Source of the DNA: Squalus acanthias
Lineage: Eukaryota
Reading direction: 5' to 3'
Length of the DNA: 64,000 nucleotides
Assembly (NCBI GenBank): GCA_030390025.1
Contig: CM059433.1
Coordinates: 15,440,001-15,504,000, forward strand
Shown one piece after another: positions 1-10,944 of the stretch. Below the pieces are notes generated by a model. The model was not told the DNA's origin. It searched no databases and was given only the letters and a program-made list of their open reading frames with translations. A program made the position numbers and the translations under genes. The stretch's first letter is position 1, and each line of letters starts with the position of its first letter.

Positions 1-1529
1 GTGCAGTGCCTTTAAATTTGCTGCGCGGCATCTTAGAGAGAACAGCTTGTGAGCAGCCTGCGCGGTACCGTCCCGATTGCTGTGCGGCCGCGCACGCGCG
101 CAGCTTAGAGCAAACATTGGTGCAGGCTGCCTTTAAGTAGTGCAGGCTAGCTTTAAGTGGTGCTAGCCTCGCACGAACTTGGGACCCCTGCTGTGGCGAG
201 CAGCCACTCAGCAGCGCGTTCAGTGCTGGGCCGCACACTACTATTATTTAAATTAGCAGGCAGCACGAAGTTTGCATTAATCGCGCAACAAGATCCCCGC
301 GCCCATTTTCCGGCCTTGTCCAATTTCTAGGCCATTTAGTTTGCAAATACACATAATTTCTAAGTAAATTTTAACAGAATAAGTGTAATCATGTCATTTG
401 TTTTGATGTTGACGCACAAATAATATTGCCCTGGTTTTTTTTTTTATCCGACAAGACAGCTATTATGTCTGGTCTTTGAAAATGGATTAATGTAACTGCA
501 GATGACGAGGAGATTTTCTTGATCAGGTGTGGTGTAAATGAGAGTGATCCAAGTAACTCATTGTATTATAATGGGATGCAGTGAAGATAGGAAACTGACC
601 TTATACATTGTGGTTTCCGCCCTTCGCCAATTGAGATCTCATCCATCAGGTGACATTTCCTTCTTCACATATAAGTAAGTCCCTGGCAGTTTGAAGTTAT
701 GGACTAATGTCTCCATGGGGACTAGGCTGAGGCTGCCACAATTCATTTCATTTATGATTCTTAACAGCTATAACTGTTGACCTTCATCATCTCTCCCTGT
801 GCTGTCTCTTAAAGTGAAGAGTACTGACAGATCAGTGTCTCCATCATCAGTTTTCTATTTGGGGGGAATAATTAAGGTCGAGCGTGATCCTGTTGAATGA
901 AAGATGCTTCAGTGTTCTTTAGAAAAAGAGCTATGCTGTCCTTTAAGTTTAATTGCAGAAAATGCATCTTTTCCCCTTTTTGAAAACCAGTTTCCTCCCC
1001 ACCTTTGCCCTGAATACAGTGACTCATGGAGGGATATAATTGTACAGGGGCCAGCAGCTCTCCAATATCACACCTAATTAACCATCTTTCTTGAAGGCGA
1101 TGGCCTTGATTTGCGGCCAGGCAGCGCAGGTTTTTTGGGTGCTAAACGGTGTCCTAAGCCTCCAATATGTCGGGCAGGACGCATATGCTCAGTCAGAGCT
1201 CATGAGGCCAAACATTCGGCATGCAGTGACCATACCAGAAACAGGGATTAGATATTTACAAATGCTAATAACGGACCTACAACCTGTTTGAGGCAACTGC
1301 TGAAAGATTGGTTTGCCCTGAGGCAGCTAACGCCGGCTGCACTCAGATAAAGCAGGTCTAAGTGCGGTGTAAGATCGGTCCTTAGTGGGTGATGTTGTAA
1401 ATCATTCTTAGCCGGATATAGATCTAGGAGGAGCAGCAGTGCTGCTCATGACACCACATTCATAGAGTGTGCGCTGTTAAGGCCACTGCAAGCCCCCACC
1501 CCGATCACCACCTCTGTCACAGCGACATC

Positions 1530-2555
1530 TCCCCGATCCTCAGCATGACCTCTCCCTAATCCTCAAATACTACCTCTCCCCGATCCTCACCGCGACCTCC
1601 CCCCGATCCTCACCGCGACCTCTCCCCGATCCTCAAATACTACCTCTCCCCGAATATCACCGCAATCTGCCCCCGATCCTCACCACAATCTGCCCCCGAT
1701 CCTCACCGCGACCTCTCCCCGATCCTCACCGCGACCTCTCCCCGATCCTCACCGCTACCTCCCCTTGATCCTCACCGCGACCTCTCCCCGATCCTCACCG
1801 CTACCTCCCCGATCCTCACCGCGACCTCCCCCCGATCCTCACCGCTACCTCCCCGATCCTCACCGCGACCTCCCCCCGATCCTCACCGCTACCTCCCCCG
1901 ATCCTCACCGCGACCTCCCCCCGATCCTCACCGCGACCTCCCCCCGATCCTCACCGCGACCTCTCCCCGATCCTCACCGCGACCTCCCCCCGATCCTCAC
2001 CGCGACCTCTCCCCGATCCTCACCGCGACCTCCCCCCGATCCTCACCGCGACCTCTCCCCGATCCTCACCGCTACCGATCCCCGATCCTCACCACTACCA
2101 ATCCCCGATCCTCACCGCTACCTCCCCGATCCTCACCGCTACCTCCCCGATCCTCACCGCTACCTCCCCGATCCTCACCGCTATCGATCCCCGATCCTCA
2201 CCACTACCGATCCCCGATCCTCACCGCTACCGATCCCCGATCCTCACCGCTACCTCCCCCGATCCTCACCACGACCTCCCCGATCCTCACCGCTACCTCC
2301 CCCGATCCTCACCGCTACCGATCCCCGATCCTCACCGCTACCGATCCCCAATCCTCACCACTACCTCTCCCCGATCCTCACCGCTACCGATCCCCGATCC
2401 TCACCACTACTGATCCCCGATCCTCACCGCTACCGATCTCCGATCCTCACCGCTACTGATCCCCGATCCTCACCGCTACCTCTCCCCGATCCTCACCACG
2501 ACCTCCCCGATCCTCACCGCTACCTCTCCCCAATCGTCGGCATTACCTCTCCCTA
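1530..2555. repeat. GC-rich minisatellite, unit about 21-23 bp (CCCCGATCCTCACCGCTACCT variants)
   Basis: Dozens of tandem copies visible directly; explains the Pro/Arg/Asp-repetitive ORF 1765-2556. Confidence 0.95.
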
Positions 2556-2836
2556 ATGGTCACTGCTACCACCCCTGGCTACCACTGCTCCCACCGCTTC
2601 CTTCCTGACCTGATTGCACCCCTTCCCAGTCTTCATCACTTACCTGAGGGCCTCTGCTGGCATCGCATCAACTCAACCCACCCTTTATTTAGCAAATGAG
2701 AAGTGACTGATTTTTTTCCTCCCAAGCTGCCTCAATTCAATTGACCTCTAGCACTCAGCTGATATCAGTTGACTCAGTATTGGACAAGTATCAAACTTGG
2801 GACCTTTCTGCTCTGTCTGCTTCAGTAGTACACTAC

Positions 2837-4613
2837 TGTAGGCTTTGCAAAATCCCCCAGAAACTTGTATCGAACCTTAAAGAGGGTGATGAAGGAATTT
2901 GAGGTCAAAACCTCAGTTCTGAAGTACATTTTGACAGGATCAAGGAAGGAAAAATACAAGCCATGAGGAAAATGACCTTTGGATGATAGATACCTTTTTA
3001 AAAGGGCCATTGGGTAAACCTGCAGTCACAGAAACACAGGCTGCGGGAAAGGGTGTGGTGAGGCAGTGGACAGCTTTTGGGAATTGGGACCAAGCCAAGC
3101 TGTCTGGGAGATGTTTGCACTGCAATCCAACCAAGGAGGAAGAGCCTCATCCAAAACCTCACAAACACATTCAAAAATGAATAAACCAAGACCCCTTTTG
3201 AAATCCCCAGGTCCAGACAGGATGCTGGAAGTCTGAAAACGATTCCTAACAATAAGACTTCCACTACACAGTTTCATAGCCCATCATCCCATCAAAAACC
3301 GATTAGCCAAGCATAGACAGGAACAGTTTAACAAGCCCGCCAAAACCTAAGACAAAAGAAGCGAGATTTGGCGCGTAGATAGAGGCCCTGTCTCAATGGA
3401 AAACATCGGTAGCCATCAGGACAAGTTAACACTAAGTTAAAGTCATCAGACTTAACGAGCCCGCCAAAACCTAAGACAAAGGAAACGAGATTTGGCGCGA
3501 AGATAAACAGGCCTCAACTGAAACCTAAATCACTTTAACACGAAATCGATTTAGAAAAGCAGTTTTGGCGCGAGAAACACAATAGACCTGAACAGTATAA
3601 TTGGGGGCCTATTCCCCCAAGAAGCAGGCAAGGAAAAGCAGGCCAGAAGCGAAGGAAGTGAAGAAGGAAGGCAGGCAGGCCTACAGCCACGGGCAAGAAG
3701 ACACGAGGAACCCGAGAGACACTGTGGTGGAGGCTGTTCAAGCCGTGCAGTTTGTTACAACACTATACTTAAAGTTAGTTCAAGGCTGTCCAGAGAGGCA
3801 GTTTAAAGTTAGTAACAGTACCGAGGCACGCAAGGACAACACGCCACTGTAAAGGGGGGTCATCAACGGACCCGACTGGGAAAAAGGTTCCCAAACGCCT
3901 CGCAGCAACCAAGGCCCCACGAACCGACCAACACAACGCCACCGACCAACCAGGTGCGAACCAGGCCGTCGCGACCACCGAAAGACCAACACCAGGAAAA
4001 ACCGAAGACATGCAAGTTTCCACGCTACAAATATTCCTGACTTACCCCTGGGTAAGATTTTCCCTTAAAAAACTCTAAACCCTACCTCTAACGAAGAAAA
4101 ATTGGGTACTCACCTGATAAATCCAATACGCACCTTACCGCATCAGCGGACAGACCCAAACTGACCTGGAGTGCAGCTGAAGTCTTCCACCACGTCCGGG
4201 GTACGGCAGGCCCCAACAACCAAAAACCCCAGTGAACCCCGAAATCGCGAAATACCTCAACTGTCAAGCACTGTCAAGGAGTGGTGAGCATTATCCCTGG
4301 TCCTCTGAAATCAAACCTAGCTAGGTAGTGGGATTGGGAGGGATAAGGGGTTTTGTATACTGTAATTCTCCCTCGCCTGTGCCGTGTGTTCCCCAACCTG
4401 TATTAAGTATTAAGTGTGTTCTAAGATTGTTTGTGTTGTATTTACCTTTTCTTGAATAAAAGTTAAAGTTCTTTCATCAAAACCTGTTGTTTGCTGCACC
4501 TTTTGTTCACAACCCCCAAATAAGTCCAAGGTCTAGAACCAGGGGCGTGGGAGCGATTCGAACCGCTCACTGAAGTCAGAGGTGAAGCTGACCCCCACAC
4601 ACCACCCCCTGCA
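2837..4613 (+). mobile_element. Solo LTR (1777 bp) of a family related to the adjacent provirus
   Basis: TG...CA ends flanked by CTAC TSD (2833-2836, 4614-4617); AATAAA near 4455; shares TATAATT, GAGTGGTGAGCAT, TAAGTCCA..GTCTAGAACC and a GATTCGAACC hairpin with the provirus LTR, in the same order. Confidence 0.85.
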
Positions 4614-5117
4614 CTACTTGGTGCTCTTATCCACTGAGATATTGGGGTTGCTCCCTTTTTCTTTATTTCATTGACTATAATACAATTATGATCAATAATT
4701 TATGCAGATAAATGGAAACTTTTCAGTGTAAAGCACAAGTACAATGCACCACCATTAACTATACAACTTTATACTTAAATCAATTGATCCAAAGTTGAGA
4801 TGATACTGAGGATCACACAGATTCCTCGCTCCTGATTTTGCTTTCATAACAGCGAGTCTTCTGAGGAGGCTAGACAATTAGGGGGAGAAATTCATTATAG
4901 CCCCGTTTGGGGCACTAACTTTTAAAAGTTGAAAAAATTAGCGCCAGGCGTTAATGTCTTTTAACTTTTAAAAAATTCGGGGTTTGCGCTCCAGGAAGGA
5001 AGTGGAGCGCTAAATCAAAGGCTCCACTTCCTTCCTGGAGCACAACAGGCAGCAGGTGGGGCGGTAGGTGAGCAGCGCTGCACACTGGGCCGAGCAGCAC
5101 TGCCGCGTTGGAAGGCT

Positions 5118-6713
5118 TGTAAGGGATTCTCTCCTGACCTTGCGTGTCTCGTAGCCTGTGAGATTCACGCGGCTCTGTGCAGCCTGTATGTCAGTGCGGG
5201 TCTAGGCCTGGTCTCCAGCCAGTCTGGGAACACTAGACACCCCTGTGAGTGGTTCGAATCACTCTCCCTTACGGTTCTAGACACTGGACTTAGATGCGAG
5301 AGCAGTAATGGAGATAAAACTCATGTAGACTTGGTTTGAACGGTACGAATGGAAAATCTTTATTGCATGATACTTAAAATTATGAAATACATGTCATATG
5401 CACAGATTAATGACAGTACAATCTTACAAACAGTTATAATCACTCTTAGGGAAACGAGGAACGAACGGCACAACGTAAATAGGGCACACATTACAAATAT
5501 CCTTAATCTTTAACCCTCCCCTATCAATAGCTATCCTAAACTAGCTGCGTAGGATCCCGAGACTCATGCTCACCACTCGTAATAACTCGGAGAAATCCCG
5601 AATAGCTGATCGGATGTTTTTCACCGCAGCACCCACGTGTTGGTCAGGAGATCTCCTGGTCCCACTTGTTTACTGCTTTTGCTGCTCGGTCAGTCGGCTG
5701 GACCGTCCGCTGTAGTGAAGACCTCTGTTGGTTGGATACAAGGTATGGTGGAGCACCGTTGTCAATATCGCTGATACGATGTGTTTGCACAGTCCAGTTA
5801 TCATCGATGCAATATGTCTTGTTAAAGAAGAAAACTTCCTGTCGAGAAGACTTGGCTGATCGACCTACAGGCGCGGTCGGGATCTACTGACCGTGGCGAT
5901 GGATAAGGTCTTCTTCTCTTCTCCTCTCATCTCATCTCATCTCATCTCATCCCGGGCCTTCGGTTCCGCTGCCAGCTACCAACATAGGTCTTTGCAACAG
6001 TCTTTTACACAGGAGCAGCCACGATGATAACAGCAACAAGCGGCAAGAGTCAAGAACACGAGGCAAGAGCAAGAGCAAGAGGCCAGAGAGCGAATGGACG
6101 GTTTGGGGCCTGCAATTATAGTGCACAGTTCTTCCGTTTCCCGCCCAACTACAATGTCCATTCTTTTGTTTACGGTTTGGCGCCCAAAATGTCCTGTATG
6201 GGTGATCTCCGTCCTTAATGGGTTTCGGGGCTACTCATGAATGTTTGAGTACCTGCTAATATTTCTCCCATTGTTAAATCGGTCGGTGTTCCCCCTGGAG
6301 GGGTTTGGGGCTTCCAAGTGTCCTGTATAACTACCTGCTAACGGCTCTCTCATCGTAGAGCCGTTGGGAGTTTACATATTAATGTCCTTTGGATGGGCCC
6401 TTGATGGCTTTCCTTTGTACCTGGGAGACCGATCCCAGTATCGATGTTTATACTGTAAACCCATAATGTCCTGTGTATTGTCTTCACTGTGCTGAATCGT
6501 TATCGATCCTGCAAAAAAATGTTTATTGGAACGCCATCTTGTCTGCCTGTTGAAAAGTCTAGAATGTTCTGTCACGAGGTGCGGCGGCCATTTTACAGGC
6601 TGCTTGTGTCCAATTTAAACCTGACAGCATTCCGCTGAAATAAAAGCTGTTTTGAACGAAACTTTGTGTTTTCTCCTTATTAAAATGAAATCGCGATAAT
6701 TGCGAATTCTACA
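5118..6713 (-). repeat. 3' LTR (1596 bp)
   Basis: Copy of 12761-14356; preceded on the minus strand by a purine-rich tract; AATAAA on the minus strand at 5359-5364. Confidence 0.95.
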
Positions 6714-6725
6714 GTCCCTCCTGTT
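6714..6725 (-). promoter_or_regulatory. Polypurine tract (AACAGGAGGGAC)
   Basis: Purine-rich run directly abutting the 3' LTR on the minus strand. Confidence 0.75.
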
Positions 6726-7147
6726 GATGCGAATAACTCCGCTTATCGTATCAAAAATCTCAGTGGTGAGCAATCTTATCTCGATTTCACTCCGAATCCA
6801 GTAAATTAATCCCATAAATTTAACCTAGCTAGGGTCTCTGTGTCGTCCTTATTTCCCAAGAAAATTACATTTTATATCACCGTAGGCATTATTTGCCCTT
6901 AAACTTACACCACTTGTTTTCCTTCCCGGCGTAACCAGGCCGATGCCTCTCGTATCACCTGTATATTCATCTTTTATTCAGGGAAAGGAAAAACAAAACT
7001 CAAAACCAAAACAATCATTTTTAACTGTAACACCATCACCAAAATAATCAACACCAACTCTTAAAACATGTCGAGTTTCCAACGTATTTACAATGAGTAC
7101 AAACTTCCGCGGCGCACGTGGCGAGCGGGAGTGACGCCATTTTCCCA

Positions 7148-9499
7148 TTACACTGCGCTCTCATCGTGCACGCGCACGTAACGTTCTCGCCACTCTCCCG
7201 TGTTCTCATGCTTGGTGAGGCGCTTGTCTCTTTTACAATGTATGAACAAAAGGTATACTACAATAAACACTTGACAGACGACTAAAATGTGGGAGGCTAT
7301 TCTGACCCATGAGGGCACTTCAATATTCGTGAACAGATTCCACCACGGTGGAACCACTATGTCCAAAATGTCTGTACCTATCTCGACGGTTTTCTGTTCT
7401 AATGTGTAGAAATGCTTTTGTGACACCGCGACGGCTTTCAGAAGTTTGGTTAAATGCTCGGGGAGAGGGGGAATGAGGTACCCAAAATGTGCGACAAATC
7501 GCTGCAAGTCGGTAAAATTCTCTTTTACTGTGAGATGAACAGTGGATGGTTCAGGGATTGGGATAATTCGCTGTTGTGCTACTTGAACTTCAGCCCTGGG
7601 TTTAAAACAGAAACTGCTGTCACTCACCGGACACCGGCTACGGTTTCCATGCTGGTAGTGTTGCGCTGCAGTGGTAACACAATATGTTCCACCCCCGATG
7701 TATGCTACCTGCGGAGGCACATGATCTTGTGCCATTGCCTCCATGGTGCAATTCATGGACTTGGCGCCAGCCGTTCTGAACCCGCACTGTGGTGTTAAAA
7801 AGGCATTCAAGTGCTGGGGGCACAGTATTATGTGTGCTCCCCTGCCACGACAACCAGAGAGATCTGTACCTGTCATCGTTTGCTCCCAGCGGATGACGTA
7901 AGGTGGAACTGCTGCATAACGAATGTGGGCTCCCCCCTGAATGACACCAATGTTCTCTACCCGATACACCGGGGCGGGCTTTGCTGTGTTGCCCAAAACC
8001 GGCATGCGTAATACTATTCCCATAATAGTATGGTTTGAACGTCCGCAGTCCACGGGGACTGGGTAAGCTTCTGAAGCTAGCCTGAGCTGGCACGGACTTA
8101 ATGCGTTCTGAAAAGGGTGGAGCGCCCGCAGGTGTTTGTTACTTATCCAGGACGGGACCAAACCTTGTTTTAAATCCTCCAAATTACTGCGGCCCTCGCC
8201 CAGTAACCACGCCCCGTAAAGCACGCACACCTCGTTCTGCGCAGCTTGATCGGATGCATTCCGATCTTCCCTAATCAGGGCATTTACCGTACGCGCATGT
8301 TTCTCCAGCTCTGCTATGATTTCCTTTAAGTGTAGTGTCATGGCTTGGTCCTCGTGCAGACCCGACCCTACCACTTTATTCTCATCTGTAAGAATATCCT
8401 TTAACTGTGTTTTTAAACCATTAATCTGGGTCTGCAGCTCCACACTGTCTAGAGCGTTGACCACAGATGTCCCTGTGTTAAAAGCAGTGAACGCATCGTT
8501 CACCAAACCCCTTCTTTGCCTCCCTACTTGGTCCAAAACTTCCTGCGGTGCGGTGTATAAACTTGTCTTATCAATTTCTGCAAAATCAAACTCGTAAAAT
8601 TGCCTGAACATCTTGGTCAACAGGACCTGGTACAACTGTTCCGTCTTTTTGGGGCACCACTCTGGTAACCGTACCTCAGTGAGATTTAAAATCACCGAGG
8701 CCACCGCGTAATGTACCCCCTGAAATAGTATCTGGTCTGTGGGGACCAGTACCAAACCGTTCCCGGGTCCCTTACTAGTTTTAGGGCACCCTTCTTCCTC
8801 AGTTAGAACTACCGGGATCGTGGGCGGGGCTTTGCGTGGGCGCGTAATGAGCTCAGTGGCATTTACTGGGATCGGAGAGTATGGGGCTCCGCACCCCCTG
8901 GTGCTCGCATCCCACCTCATCCCCTGTCCGTTATCCTGCCACTGGTTAATAAAGAATATGGAGATGCCTTTGGGGCAAACGTACTTTGACCCCCACATAC
9001 AAACATAAATTCCCTCATCCGGTTCCCACCATTTGTCCCAACAGACTTTCACTTGTCCGTCTGTCCCCGTAATTGTCCGATGGGTATTATTACCCAGTCG
9101 CTCCCACTCAACCGAAGAGTTCCTCATAGTTTTGCTCAGCTTTCGCAGCCACCACCATCGGCTCAATGGGACATTCCCACTGCAGGTCAAACAAATCCGT
9201 TTGCCGACGGTGACGCTGATCCTGGGTGCGATGATCCTTACTTTGGGGCACATTAAAGAAGTCTCTTTATAGGCGAACCCCGATGTGCTGGAATACTCCG
9301 TTGAGTTCGTTCCCAGCCATCCTGGCCACCTTCCCTTGTGGAAATAGGTGCTGGTCCCTTCTGCCTTCCGTCTCCCGGTCCCATCCACCGCGATGGGGGC
9401 CGTGTCCCCGGAACATCCAAACACCACGACATCCTTGGTGAGGCCCCGATAGGCCAATCCACATCCGATTGCCACGAGCAATACTAGAAGTCGTTCCAT
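7148..9499 (-). CDS. env: Envelope glycoprotein: signal peptide, Ig-like domain, class I fusion protein (F-like), TM anchor
   Basis: 783-aa intact ORF; hydrophobic N-terminus; C..W..DEGIYVC Ig pattern; furin site RQRR (8510-8521) followed by fusion-peptide-like GLVNDAFTAFNTGTSVVNAL and a heptad repeat; Cys-rich region; C-terminal TM ILVVCQVFIVVYLLFI; several N-x-S/T sequons. Confidence 0.88.
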   Translation of the reverse strand: MERLLVLLVAIGCGLAYRGLTKDVVVFGCSGDTAPIAVDGTGRRKAEGTSTYFHKGRWPGWLGTNSTEYSSTSGFAYKETSLMCPKVRIIAPRISVTVGKRICLTCSGNVPLSRWWWLRKLSKTMRNSSVEWERLGNNTHRTITGTDGQVKVCWDKWWEPDEGIYVCMWGSKYVCPKGISIFFINQWQDNGQGMRWDASTRGCGAPYSPIPVNATELITRPRKAPPTIPVVLTEEEGCPKTSKGPGNGLVLVPTDQILFQGVHYAVASVILNLTEVRLPEWCPKKTEQLYQVLLTKMFRQFYEFDFAEIDKTSLYTAPQEVLDQVGRQRRGLVNDAFTAFNTGTSVVNALDSVELQTQINGLKTQLKDILTDENKVVGSGLHEDQAMTLHLKEIIAELEKHARTVNALIREDRNASDQAAQNEVCVLYGAWLLGEGRSNLEDLKQGLVPSWISNKHLRALHPFQNALSPCQLRLASEAYPVPVDCGRSNHTIMGIVLRMPVLGNTAKPAPVYRVENIGVIQGGAHIRYAAVPPYVIRWEQTMTGTDLSGCRGRGAHIILCPQHLNAFLTPQCGFRTAGAKSMNCTMEAMAQDHVPPQVAYIGGGTYCVTTAAQHYQHGNRSRCPVSDSSFCFKPRAEVQVAQQRIIPIPEPSTVHLTVKENFTDLQRFVAHFGYLIPPLPEHLTKLLKAVAVSQKHFYTLEQKTVEIGTDILDIVVPPWWNLFTNIEVPSWVRIASHILVVCQVFIVVYLLFIHCKRDKRLTKHENTGEWRERYVRVHDESAV

Positions 9500-9783
9500 C
9501 CTTCCTTGGTTCCTGTGATCAGATAGAATGAGGTAGCCAGCCTCGCAAAAGGTCTCTGGCTTTTGTGAAGGGTGAGCGGGTCCCCTGACCTCGCCTCACG
9601 TAAACTTCAACGTTTGCTAAATAGACTTCCTCTAAACCTAGCCTTAAAACTCCCATCATTTTGTCGTTATCTGTTAAAAACACTACAAACTTAACCTTAT
9701 TAAAACTACTTAAAACCTTAAACTAAAACTTAAAACCTTAAACTAATAACTTTACAATGCCGCCCGTTCTCAGGGCGGCCCCT

Positions 9784-10944
9784 TTAAATTCTGAGAAGGC
9801 TGCTGCGAGCTCTTCCCGACGGTGGGAGGGCACTGACCCTTCCCTCTGATCTGCCGCAGCCTGTTGCTGCGCTGACCCTTTCCTCTGATCTGCCGCAGCC
9901 TGTTACTGCTTCGATGTGGCCTGTCTCTACCCGGGTTATCTTAACCTGAAACTTACGCCCTGGGGCAGCCTGTGGACCTGACCACATCCTTCTGGGCTGG
10001 GGTACTCTGCTTGACCTACGGGGAATTGCTATGGGCGGGGGCTCCGTGACGGACGGACCGGGTCCCGAGACCTTCAACGGGATGACCTGGGGTTCCATCA
10101 CAGGCGCCAGCCCCGCCTCCGCTGACTCCGCCTCCCTAACCTCGGGGCTGGCAGTTCGGGGCCCCGCCCTGCTCGGCCCAGCAGGCGGCCCTTCACTCGT
10201 GAACTCTGCCTCCCCTGAGGACTGGACGTTCAAAGCGGGCGGCCACACCTCTGGGAACCACATAGCGGCTGGCCCGGCCTCCTCTAGCTCCTTCCTCCTG
10301 TTGTCGGGACCTGCAGCTTGTGTGTCCACCCCGTATGGATCTCTACCTAGCGGCCCCAATCCTCCCAGACCGTTCCTCAGGAACCACCCGTCATCATCAC
10401 TATGCTCATCTGCACTATCCTCATCTGACCAGGGTACCCTGGGGTCCTCGTCATCTAACCCCCAACTCCAGAAAAACGCTGCATGATCGTCCGGGATGTC
10501 CCTTCCCCTGATGCAAGCTGCTACGCCTGCCTGTGTGCCTTGTGGTCCTACCTGGGGCTGTGTTTTCCCCTTGGCGGGACTGGCCCCTCCCTTAAGACAG
10601 GCCACCGCCCCTGCTTGTTTCTGTGAAATCTCACCTGCTGGAGGCTGCAGATTTCTCTCCTGTTTTAAATCCTCATACTCCCTGCTCCTGGCTACCCTGT
10701 AGGCTGCTTTTATCTCTCTAAGCTGCCCTTCTAGCCTGAGCACGTCTAACTTTCCCATTGATCGGGCGTTCTCCTCCCGCAGGGTCTGCTCTCTAAGCTG
10801 CCCTTCCAGCCCATCTATTTTCCCTATTAAGCGGGCGTTCTCCTCCCGCAAGGCCTGCTCTTTTAACCTGGCCTCCTCACCGCAGACCCCCTCCTGTGCG
10901 TGTCTTTTAAAAGGACACAGGTAGGCAGGCTGCGTGGGCTCTAG
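9784..10944 (-). CDS. ORF2 in the pol position: unknown coiled-coil/acidic/Pro-rich protein, in frame with gag (probable readthrough extension, about 386 aa)
   Basis: Open from the codon after the gag TGA (LEPTQPAYLCPF...) through the listed 9784-10851 ORF; no protease DTG/DSG, RT YxDD, RNase H or integrase motifs seen. Confidence 0.65.
   Translation of the reverse strand, partial: LEPTQPAYLCPFKRHAQEGVCGEEARLKEQALREENARLIGKIDGLEGQLREQTLREENARSMGKLDVLRLEGQLREIKAAYRVARSREYEDLKQERNLQPPAGEISQKQAGAVACLKGGASPAKGKTQPQVGPQGTQAGVAACIRGRDIPDDHAAFFWSWGLDDEDPRVPWSDEDSADEHSDDDGWFLRNGLGGLGPLGRDPYGVDTQAAGPDNRRKELEEAGPAAMWFPEVWPPALNVQSSGEAEFTSEGPPAGPSRAGPRTASPEVREAESAEAGLAPVMEPQVIPLKVSGPGPSVTEPPPIAIPRRSSRVPQPRRMWSGPQAAPGRKFQVKITRVETGHIEAVTGCGRSEERVSAATGCGRSEGRVSALPPSGRARSSLLRI

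Noticed and set aside
1530..2555. CRISPR-like array
   Set aside because: Tandem units without unique spacers; eukaryotic context; no cas genes
1765..2556. 263-aa Pro-rich ORF
   Set aside because: Translation of the minisatellite; no ATG start, no domain
5247..5264. tRNA gene suggested by GGTTCGAATC
   Set aside because: No cloverleaf or acceptor stem; lies within LTR U5 (reported as a hairpin instead)
5666..6575. Small ORFs duplicated at 13309-14218 as possible accessory genes
   Set aside because: Short (61-74 aa), on both strands, no motifs; duplication simply reflects the LTRs
9784..10851. ORF2 as a degenerate pol
   Set aside because: No DTG/DSG, YxDD, RNase H or HHCC/DDE motifs, and far too short
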